This document shows positions 1 to 8,481 of a stretch of 32,000 bases of DNA, piece after piece. Each line of letters begins with the position of its first letter. The stretch's first letter is position 1. Location of the stretch: NCBI GenBank assembly GCA_025839675.1, contig CP104013.1, forward strand, positions 240,001 to 272,000, written 5' to 3'. The notes under the pieces were generated by a model. It saw only the letters and a program-made list of their open reading frames with translations. It searched no databases and had not been told where the DNA came from. Position numbers and translations under genes: made by a program. Origin of the DNA: Candidatus Lokiarchaeum ossiferum. GTDB taxonomy: Archaea > Asgardarchaeota > Lokiarchaeia > Sigyniarchaeales > Promethearchaeaceae.

Positions 1-138
1 CAAGTGTTAATGACAAAAGCACCTAAAGGATGTAAGATTGAATGTTCCACTTGCTCTTCTATTTATACAATTCATACACGAGTACGTGAATTTAGATGTC
101 CTGTATGCAATGCACAGCTTCATTTTATTGAAAATTAG
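1..138 (+). CDS. 3' end of a CDS truncated by the window edge; cysteine-rich zinc-ribbon-like C-terminus
   Basis: Frame 1 is open from base 1 to TAG at 136-138. The translated tail QVLMTKAPKGCKIECSTCSSIYTIHTRVREFRCPVCNAQLHFIEN contains CxxxCxxC ... CxxC. Confidence 0.5.
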   Translation, partial: QVLMTKAPKGCKIECSTCSSIYTIHTRVREFRCPVCNAQLHFIEN

Positions 139-258
139 TAAAAAAACATTTCCACTAATAAAATCGTATTAAATATGCTTTTTTCCTTCACTTTTAGCCG
201 TTATGTATTCCAATTCATTGAGTTTATCAGTACGTATATATTTAAGGCAGAGCGATAA

Positions 259-540
259 TTGAAGATCATGAACAATAAGACAGAGAAAGAAACTTATTAT
301 TCTGAAAAACTCCAAAATAGAGTTAAAGAATTAAAAAAAGCAAATAAAATGAAGGATCTCTTCTTTTTAGGCAAAGAAAGATTCGGAATGCGTACAGTTG
401 AAAATTTATTCTGGCCTAATACATACCCTGAGCCGATTGATGAAGAGAAATGGATTAAATTGATGGATCAGATTCTCCATGAAGGATTATCTGCCGATGT
501 CAATTTCGTTCCTTTTGATTTGAACAATCAAGATATTTAA
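259..540 (+). CDS. hypothetical protein (93 aa from TTG 259; ATG at 268 is the more likely start)
   Basis: ORF track. Composition is protein-like and no family was recognised. Confidence 0.45.
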   Translation: MKIMNNKTEKETYYSEKLQNRVKELKKANKMKDLFFLGKERFGMRTVENLFWPNTYPEPIDEEKWIKLMDQILHEGLSADVNFVPFDLNNQDI

Positions 541-822
541 TTATATCTCATGATTAGTAATAATTTCAGGATTAATGCAGTTAGCAATCTAAAAAACTCT
601 CACCCTAACAAACTTTTTGAACAATTCGTTTGATTCCTCTAATTATGAACACTCGAAAAGCAACAAAAAAGGAAATAGAATTTGAAAATGCTTCGTTTTT
701 GAAGAAATTTTTTTTGACCTTAAAAGAAAACCCGATTTACCATGTACCACTAATCATAATTGTGTTCTACCTAGTATATGTTTCTATTTTTTAAGTTGAG
801 ATTGAATTGGAGTGATAACTCA

Positions 823-1212
823 TCAATTTCTAATTTTACCCTCAGCAATAGCCTGAATGTCATCTAATCCCGACAAAAATCCATCAGCAACCCGAATCGA
901 ATTGGGAATAGATTTCAAAATATCAGATTTAATCAAATCGAAATAGAGTTGGCGAAATTTCTCCCGAATTTCCTTATTGGCGAGATGAGGGTAACACTCT
1001 TGAAATGCACCTATATAAACCATTGATTCATGAGGTTTGACAATAGTATTCCGCAATTTCTTCAAATCTCGATTCGACAGGCCAGAATGGAATTGTTTCT
1101 TGAGCTGTTCGTTCACAATGTCGTTTGAATGGCCATCCACGAGTAATTTTAGTGCAATTCTCTTTTTTTGATCCCTGAGTTTTTTTTCCACAATTGGTAT
1201 TATCACGACCAA
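823..1212 (-). CDS. hypothetical protein, start uncertain (TTG at 1212; GTG alternatives a few codons in)
   Basis: ORF track. It is divergent from the 1342 operon and no family was recognised. Confidence 0.45.
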   Translation of the reverse strand: MVVIIPIVEKKLRDQKKRIALKLLVDGHSNDIVNEQLKKQFHSGLSNRDLKKLRNTIVKPHESMVYIGAFQECYPHLANKEIREKFRQLYFDLIKSDILKSIPNSIRVADGFLSGLDDIQAIAEGKIRN

Positions 1213-1341
1213 TTATTTAACACTTTTGTATTAGGGATCCAGAATTGGATCATTTGCAGATAATCAGAATTATTGTCAATTTGAATAAAAAGATAAAAAT
1301 ATTTATTTCTGAGAATTATACATATAATAAATGATAATATA

Positions 1342-2013
1342 ATGGGAACACTTTTCAGATTTCAGATTCCAAAAACATTCAAAAAAAATATTCAAGATTT
1401 GCTCTCAATATCTGAAAGCAATAGGAAGAAATTTTTAGAGCAAATTCAAATGGCTTCTCCCACTTTGGAGATCCAAGAACTAATTGATTGCTCAGAAAGT
1501 GAATTACAATATCCATCCCAAATGTTAATGTTCCTTTCAATGATTTACAGGATTTTTAAAGAATCGAAAACAAATTTGGGAGATTTTAGAATTTCTTTGG
1601 AAGATGCTATTAATGAGCTAGGGATATCTAAAGAACATGAAAAATACTCAGATATAATCAATTTTTTCATGGAAAGCATCCAACTTGATAATACTCTGGG
1701 GATTTCATCTAAAGCAAATGCAACAATGATAGATCATTCTCAAATAATAAGAAAAACGAGAATTTTAACTGATATTAGACCTCTTTTTCAAGATAATTTT
1801 GATGAATCAGTTAAAACAGGTGTCATTTATCATATGCTAAAATTAACCACTCGTCAGAATAAAATAGAGAAAAATCAATACATCGCATTTGATTTCGAGG
1901 ATTTGGTAAATTTAAAAAATACTATTGACAGAGCTTTAAGGAAAGAAAAAAATATTCGCCAATCACTTAATGATTGGATTATTTTAAGTTATTATGATGA
2001 AAACCAAATTTAG
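1342..2013 (+). CDS. hypothetical protein, first gene of a three-gene operon
   Basis: 223-aa ORF followed after 12 nt by the next ORF. No recognisable motif. Confidence 0.6.
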   Translation: MGTLFRFQIPKTFKKNIQDLLSISESNRKKFLEQIQMASPTLEIQELIDCSESELQYPSQMLMFLSMIYRIFKESKTNLGDFRISLEDAINELGISKEHEKYSDIINFFMESIQLDNTLGISSKANATMIDHSQIIRKTRILTDIRPLFQDNFDESVKTGVIYHMLKLTTRQNKIEKNQYIAFDFEDLVNLKNTIDRALRKEKNIRQSLNDWIILSYYDENQI

Positions 2014-2025
2014 GAGGAATAAATA

Positions 2026-2424
2026 ATGAAAATAATTGAAGAATGTAAAGTTTTGGACAATTATCCTCGTGATAATCAAATTAAAGTCCTGAATAGAGGA
2101 TATGGTAATAAAACCGATATGAATCAATGGTTCAAGAAAGATGAGGATGTTGAAATGAAATTAATTTACTCTTGTCAAACTACATCTTATGACAAAACAT
2201 ATTCAAAATGGGAAAAAGAAACTAATTATTTTAAACAAAATCTTAATTCATTCATTGAAGACATCAATTTGAATAATAAATTCGTAGTAATTTACAAACA
2301 AAAAATAATTGATCAAGGTAAAAATGAGTATCAATTATATTCAAGATATAAAGCAAAAATACCCAACGATGTTTTTATTATTATGAAAGTAGAAAAACCT
2401 CACCTGTATACTATCGAGAAATAG
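2026..2424 (+). CDS. hypothetical protein, second gene of the operon
   Basis: AGGAGGA lies 7 nt upstream of ATG 2026 (taggaggaataaataATG). 12-nt gaps separate it from both neighbours. Confidence 0.65.
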   Translation: MKIIEECKVLDNYPRDNQIKVLNRGYGNKTDMNQWFKKDEDVEMKLIYSCQTTSYDKTYSKWEKETNYFKQNLNSFIEDINLNNKFVVIYKQKIIDQGKNEYQLYSRYKAKIPNDVFIIMKVEKPHLYTIEK

Positions 2425-2436
2425 TGCGGGATTCAT

Positions 2437-2856
2437 ATGGAATGGCAATATAGTAAGAAATATTATACGGATCCTGAGGCTTTATTTGGAGAAGGATTTT
2501 TAACTCCATTGTTTGAAGATGATTGGCGAAAATTTAATTTCAAAATCGACACAGGGGCTGATGTTACAGTTGTCCCCAAAAATATAGGAGATTTCTTTTC
2601 AAAAAAAATTAATCCAAGTTCTTCTTTGAACATTAAAGGTTCAAATAATACAACAAAAACTTATCCTGCTTCTTATTTCAGTTTTTCTCTTGATAAAGCA
2701 AAAGAAATTACTATTAAGTCTGCCTTTGTTCGAGATGATGATTTAATTTTACTTGGTAGGGATGTCTTAAATCATTTCATTTTACATGCAGATGGTCCAG
2801 CTAAAATTTTTAAGATGTACACTGAACCAAGTATAGATTCAGACAGTGGAGTTTGA
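2437..2856 (+). CDS. retropepsin-like (clan AA) single-domain aspartic protease
   Basis: FKIDTGADVTVVP carries the D-T-G-A catalytic signature. ILLGRDVLNHF matches the conserved C-terminal hydrophobic-G-x-D motif of retropepsin-like proteases. The 139-aa size fits a homodimeric half-pepsin. Confidence 0.75.
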   Translation: MEWQYSKKYYTDPEALFGEGFLTPLFEDDWRKFNFKIDTGADVTVVPKNIGDFFSKKINPSSSLNIKGSNNTTKTYPASYFSFSLDKAKEITIKSAFVRDDDLILLGRDVLNHFILHADGPAKIFKMYTEPSIDSDSGV

Positions 2857-3631
2857 ATAATTTATCAAATTCCTTCAAATGCAAGAAATGTCTGTAGGTT
2901 GACGTATTTTAAGAGTTTAGAACATCTGGTATAGGTTGAGATAGAATTTAAACCAGATCACCCGTATCTCCCTCTTTACATCCCCTCGAGTCCCCCGTCC
3001 CGTATTTTTTAAGATACTTTTCAAATTTTTTTAAGATACTCTTCTTTATTTTTACAATATTGTTATTTTAATTCTTTTTCTTTTTCTTTCTTTTCTAAAG
3101 CCTTATCTAAGGGATGGTAAACCCCCCTTCGCAAAATTTCGAGATGTTTTTTGAAAATCCAAATTCATATACTGACTTATTTTCAACTCTTCGCCACTTA
3201 TTTACTTTTGTCGGAGTAATTCAAATGGGTGCTAAAATTCAGTAAATCGAAAATAAAAGTCTGTTCTAACACACTGCACCTTTTAATTAGAAGATTATAA
3301 ATAATTATATTAGATTTATCAGCAATTCTAAGGAGCTAATTTTGTTCAATCATAAACAAAAATAGCTTTAGAATTCACTACAGCCTTCTGATTCTATTTT
3401 GTGACATTCCCAAATTCAAATGCAAGATAACCCTCAAAAATTACTTCTAAATGAGTAACAAAAAATTACTCACAAGTAAAATAAGTAAGAAAAAAGGTGG
3501 TGATTAAGCGGAAGGATATCTTGGAGTTGCTGATATTGATCTGGAGTAACATATATTTTTATTATGGTGATGGCATCGGAATCGAATGTTGAAAATTTCA
3601 AAGGATCCTCTAAAAGAGTATTTTTTTAATT

Positions 3632-3952
3632 ATATGAGGTTCTATCAAGATTTTCCAATTTAAACTTTTTTTGATTTACTTCGAGTTAATTAACCCGTTT
3701 TGAGAATTTATCCTATTTTCAATTTTGTCGAATTGAAATTTTGATCCTTTTATGAAATCGACTGTATGAAGTATATTTAATAATCTCATAGTTACTCCTT
3801 TTTTATTGAATTTGAGCGAGATAAAAATCTTAGAAATGATTTATCCAAAATCTAAATTGGAATATTAATGGGATAGATGGCTTATAAGTCGGCATAAATT
3901 TCACAAGGATGCCAAAATATTTAATCTAATAAATCTTGATAGAACCTCATAT
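3632..3952. repeat. 22-bp perfect inverted repeat pair (3632-3653 atatgaggttctatcaagattt / 3931-3952 reverse complement) bounding a 321-bp segment; MITE-like or invertible-segment-like
   Basis: Read directly from the sequence. The arms are exact reverse complements separated by 277 bp. No obvious target-site duplication. Confidence 0.8.
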
Positions 3953-4075
3953 GTCAAAATTGTTCGTAATGAAAAATGGATATTTCAGATTTTCTTCCTA
4001 TGATCAAAAAATATCTTTTTTCAATTCAATTGGTAGGAAACCCTTTTATGTTTTTTTTACTTTGATTTTTTTAAA

Positions 4076-4999
4076 ATGGAAGAAGAAATGACAGAATTTG
4101 GTCCACAAGGATGGAAGCAATTTATTCAAAATCGGGAAAAAATTTTAAATACCATTGATACAGAAAGAAAAGCACATGAAAATCAACAAGTTCAAACCGA
4201 CTATGGTTTTTTAGCAGAACAAAAGTTAAATGAATGGCTAAATGAATTTCTTCCAAAAAGATTTGCTGCGACGAAAGGATATGTGGTTTCTGATAATTAT
4301 AAATTTTGGAACGAAGAAAATTTGGAAGAATATGATATTATTATATATGATCAATTTTTAAGCCCAGTATTATGGAGCTCTTCAAGAGGAGATGATCCTA
4401 AAAGAATAATTCCGTTTAAATATGTACACGCAGTTTACGAAGTAAAGGGAAAATTCAACAGCACAAAAACTAAAGAGGCAATTGAAAAGCTTTCTAAATT
4501 AAACATGTATATAAATTCAAATAATAATCAATTAGAGATTGATTATCCAACGACACCGATTAAAACACATTTCCATGCCGGAATGATATTTATTGATGTA
4601 CCTGACGATACACCACATCCTGCTGCAGCTCTTTATCATTTAGTTCCCGACCAGTATTTAAATTACATAAAAGTTGGTTTAATAATGAGATCACATCAAC
4701 GAGATGTTCGAGATAGTGCTTTAATTTATTACAATTACAAAACACATTCTGATGAAATTGTATGGAGAGATGAAAAAATCTATGATAATGGGGTTCATGA
4801 ATCTAAAACAAAGTATTATTCAACGGTGAATGGAGTAGATTTACATTGTTATGCGGGAATTCAATGGCGTAGAGATATGTTTTCAACATTTATCTTTTCT
4901 CTACTTGATATATTGAATTTTAGTGCATCTACTCATTGTAATCGATGGCTGTTAAATCCTTCAAATCTATATGGTGTTGGATTTAATAGAACAGAATAA
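4076..4999 (+). CDS. PD-(D/E)xK restriction-endonuclease-fold protein (DUF6602-like N-terminal domain)
   Basis: EYDIIIYD ... VHAVYEVKGKF gives a D...E-x-K core. The preceding LNEFLPKRF..KGYVV pattern resembles DUF6602-type nucleases (from memory, not searched). Confidence 0.65.
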   Translation: MEEEMTEFGPQGWKQFIQNREKILNTIDTERKAHENQQVQTDYGFLAEQKLNEWLNEFLPKRFAATKGYVVSDNYKFWNEENLEEYDIIIYDQFLSPVLWSSSRGDDPKRIIPFKYVHAVYEVKGKFNSTKTKEAIEKLSKLNMYINSNNNQLEIDYPTTPIKTHFHAGMIFIDVPDDTPHPAAALYHLVPDQYLNYIKVGLIMRSHQRDVRDSALIYYNYKTHSDEIVWRDEKIYDNGVHESKTKYYSTVNGVDLHCYAGIQWRRDMFSTFIFSLLDILNFSASTHCNRWLLNPSNLYGVGFNRTE

Positions 5000-5316
5000 G
5001 TCTGATTTACCATATTTTTTAATATTTACTTTCTAAGTCATATAAACTTGAGATTTTTCATTCTTTCAGCAATATTGATACCCTTAAACAAATTTTGGAC
5101 ATCTCTCCTTATTGTTTCTCATGATAATAATGAAAAAACAATCATTTTTGTTTATTTGCAGATTTTTTAAGAACTAATCCATTTTTGATATTATTAAAAT
5201 GAAACAGATTGATTTCCAACAAGTAAGAAGAAAATGCAACACGTACACCTTTTGTTATTGTTTGCAAAAAATGAACCATAAATGGTTGATGAAAAAAAAA
5301 TAATCAAATTCAAGCT

Positions 5317-6231
5317 TTAGAATGCATAATAGCAATCCTTGCACAGAGGTTTACTATCCGTTATGCCACTTTGTTTAGTACCACAAATATGACATTGTTT
5401 CCCAAAAATACTACCGCGATATTTTTTATTTTTGAAGTAACATGGTTTGCACATTGGATGGGTAGGATCTAGTTCGATTTCCTCCCCACAAATGATACAA
5501 TTGCCTTGAATTTTCCGAATGTTTTTAATTTGGGTGTATTCAACATCCAAACCGTATTTCGTACGATTCCAATTCTTTATAACTTCAGCTTCATACCAGC
5601 TCCCATCTTTTAAACCCGGTGCATTAGCAATCAAGATTTTATTTTCATAACCCTCATCTGTTTCAACTTTAATCCATTTATTCCCTTTAGAGAGAACCAT
5701 GAATTTCTGTATTGAAAATTGTTCCTTGGAATTTTTCGCTAAAGTTGTTTCCTCTAGATTTTTCTTCTTTTCACTAACAGTTTTCTGTCCAGCACTCATT
5801 AAATATTTAATATGTTCCCGAACATCCAAAACTTTATCACGTTCTTCAAATAAAACTCCAATTTCATGGTTTTTTTCTGCAGAATGTTGATACATATTCA
5901 TGGACGTGACAAGTGCTGTCGTTTCGTTATAATAAACTTTAGAATGAAGATCATCAACCACATATACCCTGCATCTGTCAAGATATGGCGATAATTCATC
6001 GAGTGATTTGTTATTGCCATTTGGTTGGTTTCGAGTAATAATTGTAATTTCAATTTCATTTTTCTCATTATCATTCAAAACGTATTTCAAAGCATCGTTC
6101 AAGCGAGGCCATCCATCTAATTGAATATATGGGCTTACAATCATCAATTCTTTTCTTGCCCGTTTGATTATACTCAGAATTTCTGCTGTAACACCATCTG
6201 TTTCAGTAATTACTTTAACCATTTTTATCAA
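5317..6231 (-). CDS. phospholipase-D-family (single HKD, Nuc-like) nuclease fused to two C-terminal CxxC...CxxC zinc ribbons
   Basis: LHSKVYYNETTALVTSMNM is an H-x-K ... (T/G)S-x-N HKD-type motif, with the H codon at 5944-5946. The C-terminus carries CIICGEE...CKPC and CHICGTK...CKDC. Confidence 0.75.
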   Translation of the reverse strand: MIKMVKVITETDGVTAEILSIIKRARKELMIVSPYIQLDGWPRLNDALKYVLNDNEKNEIEITIITRNQPNGNNKSLDELSPYLDRCRVYVVDDLHSKVYYNETTALVTSMNMYQHSAEKNHEIGVLFEERDKVLDVREHIKYLMSAGQKTVSEKKKNLEETTLAKNSKEQFSIQKFMVLSKGNKWIKVETDEGYENKILIANAPGLKDGSWYEAEVIKNWNRTKYGLDVEYTQIKNIRKIQGNCIICGEEIELDPTHPMCKPCYFKNKKYRGSIFGKQCHICGTKQSGITDSKPLCKDCYYAF

Positions 6232-6466
6232 CTTTTTAGACTTAGTTCTAAATAGTAATTTATGGAAAATCTTTAAAAATTTATGCAGAATTGTTGATTA
6301 CAGAAAAGATATATAGATTTCACAAATGAAATCTATTTTCATTAAGTACAAAAAAACTTCTAACTTATTAACTACATATATACAACGTAGAGTACTTCAT
6401 TAGTAAAGCATTGGAAATACGCGGAATCATCTCAAACACAATATTTGAGTACTCAATCCGCAAGGT

Positions 6467-7381
6467 TTACGTTCTTTTCCAAAAATTATTAAAATATTGT
6501 TCTTGACAAAATTGTTCAAGCTTGTTTCCATTTACATAAATTCTTTCAACAGATTGCATTAATAGTAATTCAACAGGTAAAAATGTCAGCTCATTGCAAG
6601 ATAACGTTAATAATTTGAGCTTTTTCAAACTTAACAATTGTTCAGGGAGACTTTTAAGTTGATTCATTCCTAAATTCAGTTCTTCCAATTTTTTAAGATT
6701 ATTAATATCTTTAGAAAGTTCAGAAATCTGATTATCTAAAAGGTAAAGTATTCTAAGAGAAGAGATTGAAAATAAGATGTCGGGAATTTTGGTAATTTTA
6801 TTTGTTCTTAGATATAAACTCCGAAGTTTGGTTAAATTTCTGATACTTGAAGGGATTTCCTCTAATCCACATCGATATAGGCTTAAATGAAGAATGTATC
6901 CATTAGAAGATTTAAAACCAATGCTATTGTATCGAAGAACAGTTTTTTTAGGAATTGGGAATCCAAGTATTGATTCAATCTTATCTAAGAATTCTATTTG
7001 ACTTGCATACAAGGGTTCTCCATAATAATTATGGATAGGTTCATTATTCGAGTTTTTAATTTTTGCTTTCCGCTTCGCAAAAGTCTTCTCCTTTTCTTTT
7101 GCTAGATCTATTATTATTTTTTTTCTGTTTTGCTTGATCTGATATATTTCTGATGGATTTAACAAATTATCAGCGTTTTGATATTCTTCAAATAATATCC
7201 ACTTATTATTCTTGGAGATTAATAAGTATTCAACGCCAATCATTTCATGAAAGATAGAAAAACGATTCCATTTAAGTGAAACTGTCCTACATTTACACTT
7301 TTTCGACTTTTTATGAAAAATTTCCCCACATAATAGACATTGATAGGTATATTTTTTTAGATTTTGTGAATATTGTTCCAT
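6467..7381 (-). CDS. zinc-ribbon + leucine-rich-repeat (LRR) protein
   Basis: N-terminal CLLCGEIF...KCKC. The C-terminus holds about six LRR units of 22-23 aa (LTKLRSLYLRTNKITKIP, LSSLRILYLLDNQISEL, LKKLEELNLGMNQLKSLP, LKKLKLLTLSCNELTFLP). Confidence 0.8.
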   Translation of the reverse strand: MEQYSQNLKKYTYQCLLCGEIFHKKSKKCKCRTVSLKWNRFSIFHEMIGVEYLLISKNNKWILFEEYQNADNLLNPSEIYQIKQNRKKIIIDLAKEKEKTFAKRKAKIKNSNNEPIHNYYGEPLYASQIEFLDKIESILGFPIPKKTVLRYNSIGFKSSNGYILHLSLYRCGLEEIPSSIRNLTKLRSLYLRTNKITKIPDILFSISSLRILYLLDNQISELSKDINNLKKLEELNLGMNQLKSLPEQLLSLKKLKLLTLSCNELTFLPVELLLMQSVERIYVNGNKLEQFCQEQYFNNFWKRT

Positions 7382-7454
7382 CTCAAATCCTTTTTTCTTA
7401 TCTTTAGTAAAATTAGGTTGGAATAATGATAATAAAAACTTTTACTCGAATGTA

Positions 7455-7511
7455 TGAGTAATACTACTCATCAACAGAACAATAATTGGATTTATTAAGT
7501 AATATTACTTA
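7455..7511. promoter_or_regulatory. two related palindromes (TGAGTAatacTACTCA 7455-7470; perfect 16-bp TAAGTAATATTACTTA 7496-7511) upstream of the HTH gene; candidate operators
   Basis: Read directly. The centres are 41 bp apart and the second ends 21 bp upstream of ATG 7532. Confidence 0.4.
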
Positions 7512-7531
7512 TTATTAATTAGTGAAATAAT

Positions 7532-7849
7532 ATGGTTAAAATGACACAACAACAGAAAGATGATCGTGATACCAAGATCAAAGAGTTGATTAAAGATGGA
7601 CTAACAGTAGCACAAATTGTTAAGGAAGTCGGGTGTTCTAATTCCACTGTTTTAGATTTTACTCAACCCAAACATAATATTGGTTCAAGTAATATTACTC
7701 ATAACGAATTAACACCTGAGATTAAAAGTTCTATCGGTGTTATGATTGAGCTATTTAAAAACTCATTAGATATTCCAGAGTTCGTTGATTCAATTGATTT
7801 GAACATTAGAAAGGCAATTTCATCATTGGAGGCAATTATTGATGAGTGA
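7532..7849 (+). CDS. small helix-turn-helix DNA-binding protein
   Basis: GLTVAQIVKEVGCSNSTVLDF is a typical HTH segment near the N-terminus. Palindromes lie immediately upstream. Confidence 0.6.
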   Translation: MVKMTQQQKDDRDTKIKELIKDGLTVAQIVKEVGCSNSTVLDFTQPKHNIGSSNITHNELTPEIKSSIGVMIELFKNSLDIPEFVDSIDLNIRKAISSLEAIIDE

Positions 7850-8213
7850 AACCTTTGAGGAAGCTTTTCAGCGAAAAATAAAAGAAAAAGGAGTTATTAA
7901 AAGTAAAGATATTGCACTTGAAGAGAAAAATAAACCTTCTTTCAAAGATCCCACAAAATCCAATAAGAACCCAATTTTGAAAGAAAAAATTAAGAAGGAT
8001 AAACAACCCAATAAGAAAAGAAACATGTCTCCAAAGGCAAAAGAATCAGAAACTAAAGCGAAATTTGAGCCTACAATTTCATGGTATAGAGGTCAAGCGG
8101 AACTTTTAGCTGGAGGTTATGTGAAGGGAACTCGAGGTTCAAAAATTGATGCAATTGATGTTATGATTATTGAATTGGAGAAACGTAAATTACAATTAAT
8201 TTCTAAAATGTAA
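7842..8213 (+). CDS. lysine-rich hypothetical protein, translationally coupled to the HTH gene
   Basis: ATG 7842 overlaps the upstream stop (ATGAGTGA). GGAGG at 7828-7832 lies 9 nt upstream. Confidence 0.55.
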   Translation: MSETFEEAFQRKIKEKGVIKSKDIALEEKNKPSFKDPTKSNKNPILKEKIKKDKQPNKKRNMSPKAKESETKAKFEPTISWYRGQAELLAGGYVKGTRGSKIDAIDVMIIELEKRKLQLISKM

Positions 8214-8442
8214 TTTTTTGATTCTTTTTTGAAAATATTAACGGAAGACTGCTCAATTCCGCATTTTCATGCACAAGATAGTCATCTGTGAGTCTAAAGG
8301 TTGTATCTGTTTCATCTATCTCAAAAAATACCTTCAATTCCAATTTCTGAAGAAATTTTCTTATTTCAGGTGATTGAATTTTTGTAATGTCTACAGGGAG
8401 CTTGAGTAACATAGTTAAATTAAGTGAAAAAAAGAGTATCAA
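8203..8442 (-). CDS. small hypothetical protein (possible true start at the internal ATG, about 69 aa)
   Basis: It lies 40 nt downstream of, and co-oriented with, 8482-9441. TTG start. It overlaps the 3' end of the plus-strand ORF by 11 nt. Confidence 0.3.
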   Translation of the reverse strand: MILFFSLNLTMLLKLPVDITKIQSPEIRKFLQKLELKVFFEIDETDTTFRLTDDYLVHENAELSSLPLIFSKKNQKITF

Positions 8443-8481
8443 AGGGGGTATGATCGGGGAAGTATCAATGAAATCTGGATT

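Noticed and set aside
645-794. 49-aa ORF (MNTRKATKKEIEFENASFLKKFFLTLKENPIYHVPLIIIVFYLVYVSIF) with a C-terminal hydrophobic helix in the 541-822 spacer
   Set aside because: It is short, has no RBS-like motif, and such ORFs arise easily in AT-rich DNA. It is not reported as a feature.
6313-6336. Perfect 10-bp stem hairpin ATAGATTTCA-caaa-TGAAATCTAT between the LRR gene and the PLD gene, considered as a terminator
   Set aside because: The stem is entirely AT-rich. It lies 130 nt from the LRR stop and about 80 nt upstream of the PLD start. I cannot tell whether it is a terminator, part of a promoter, or incidental, so no feature call is made.
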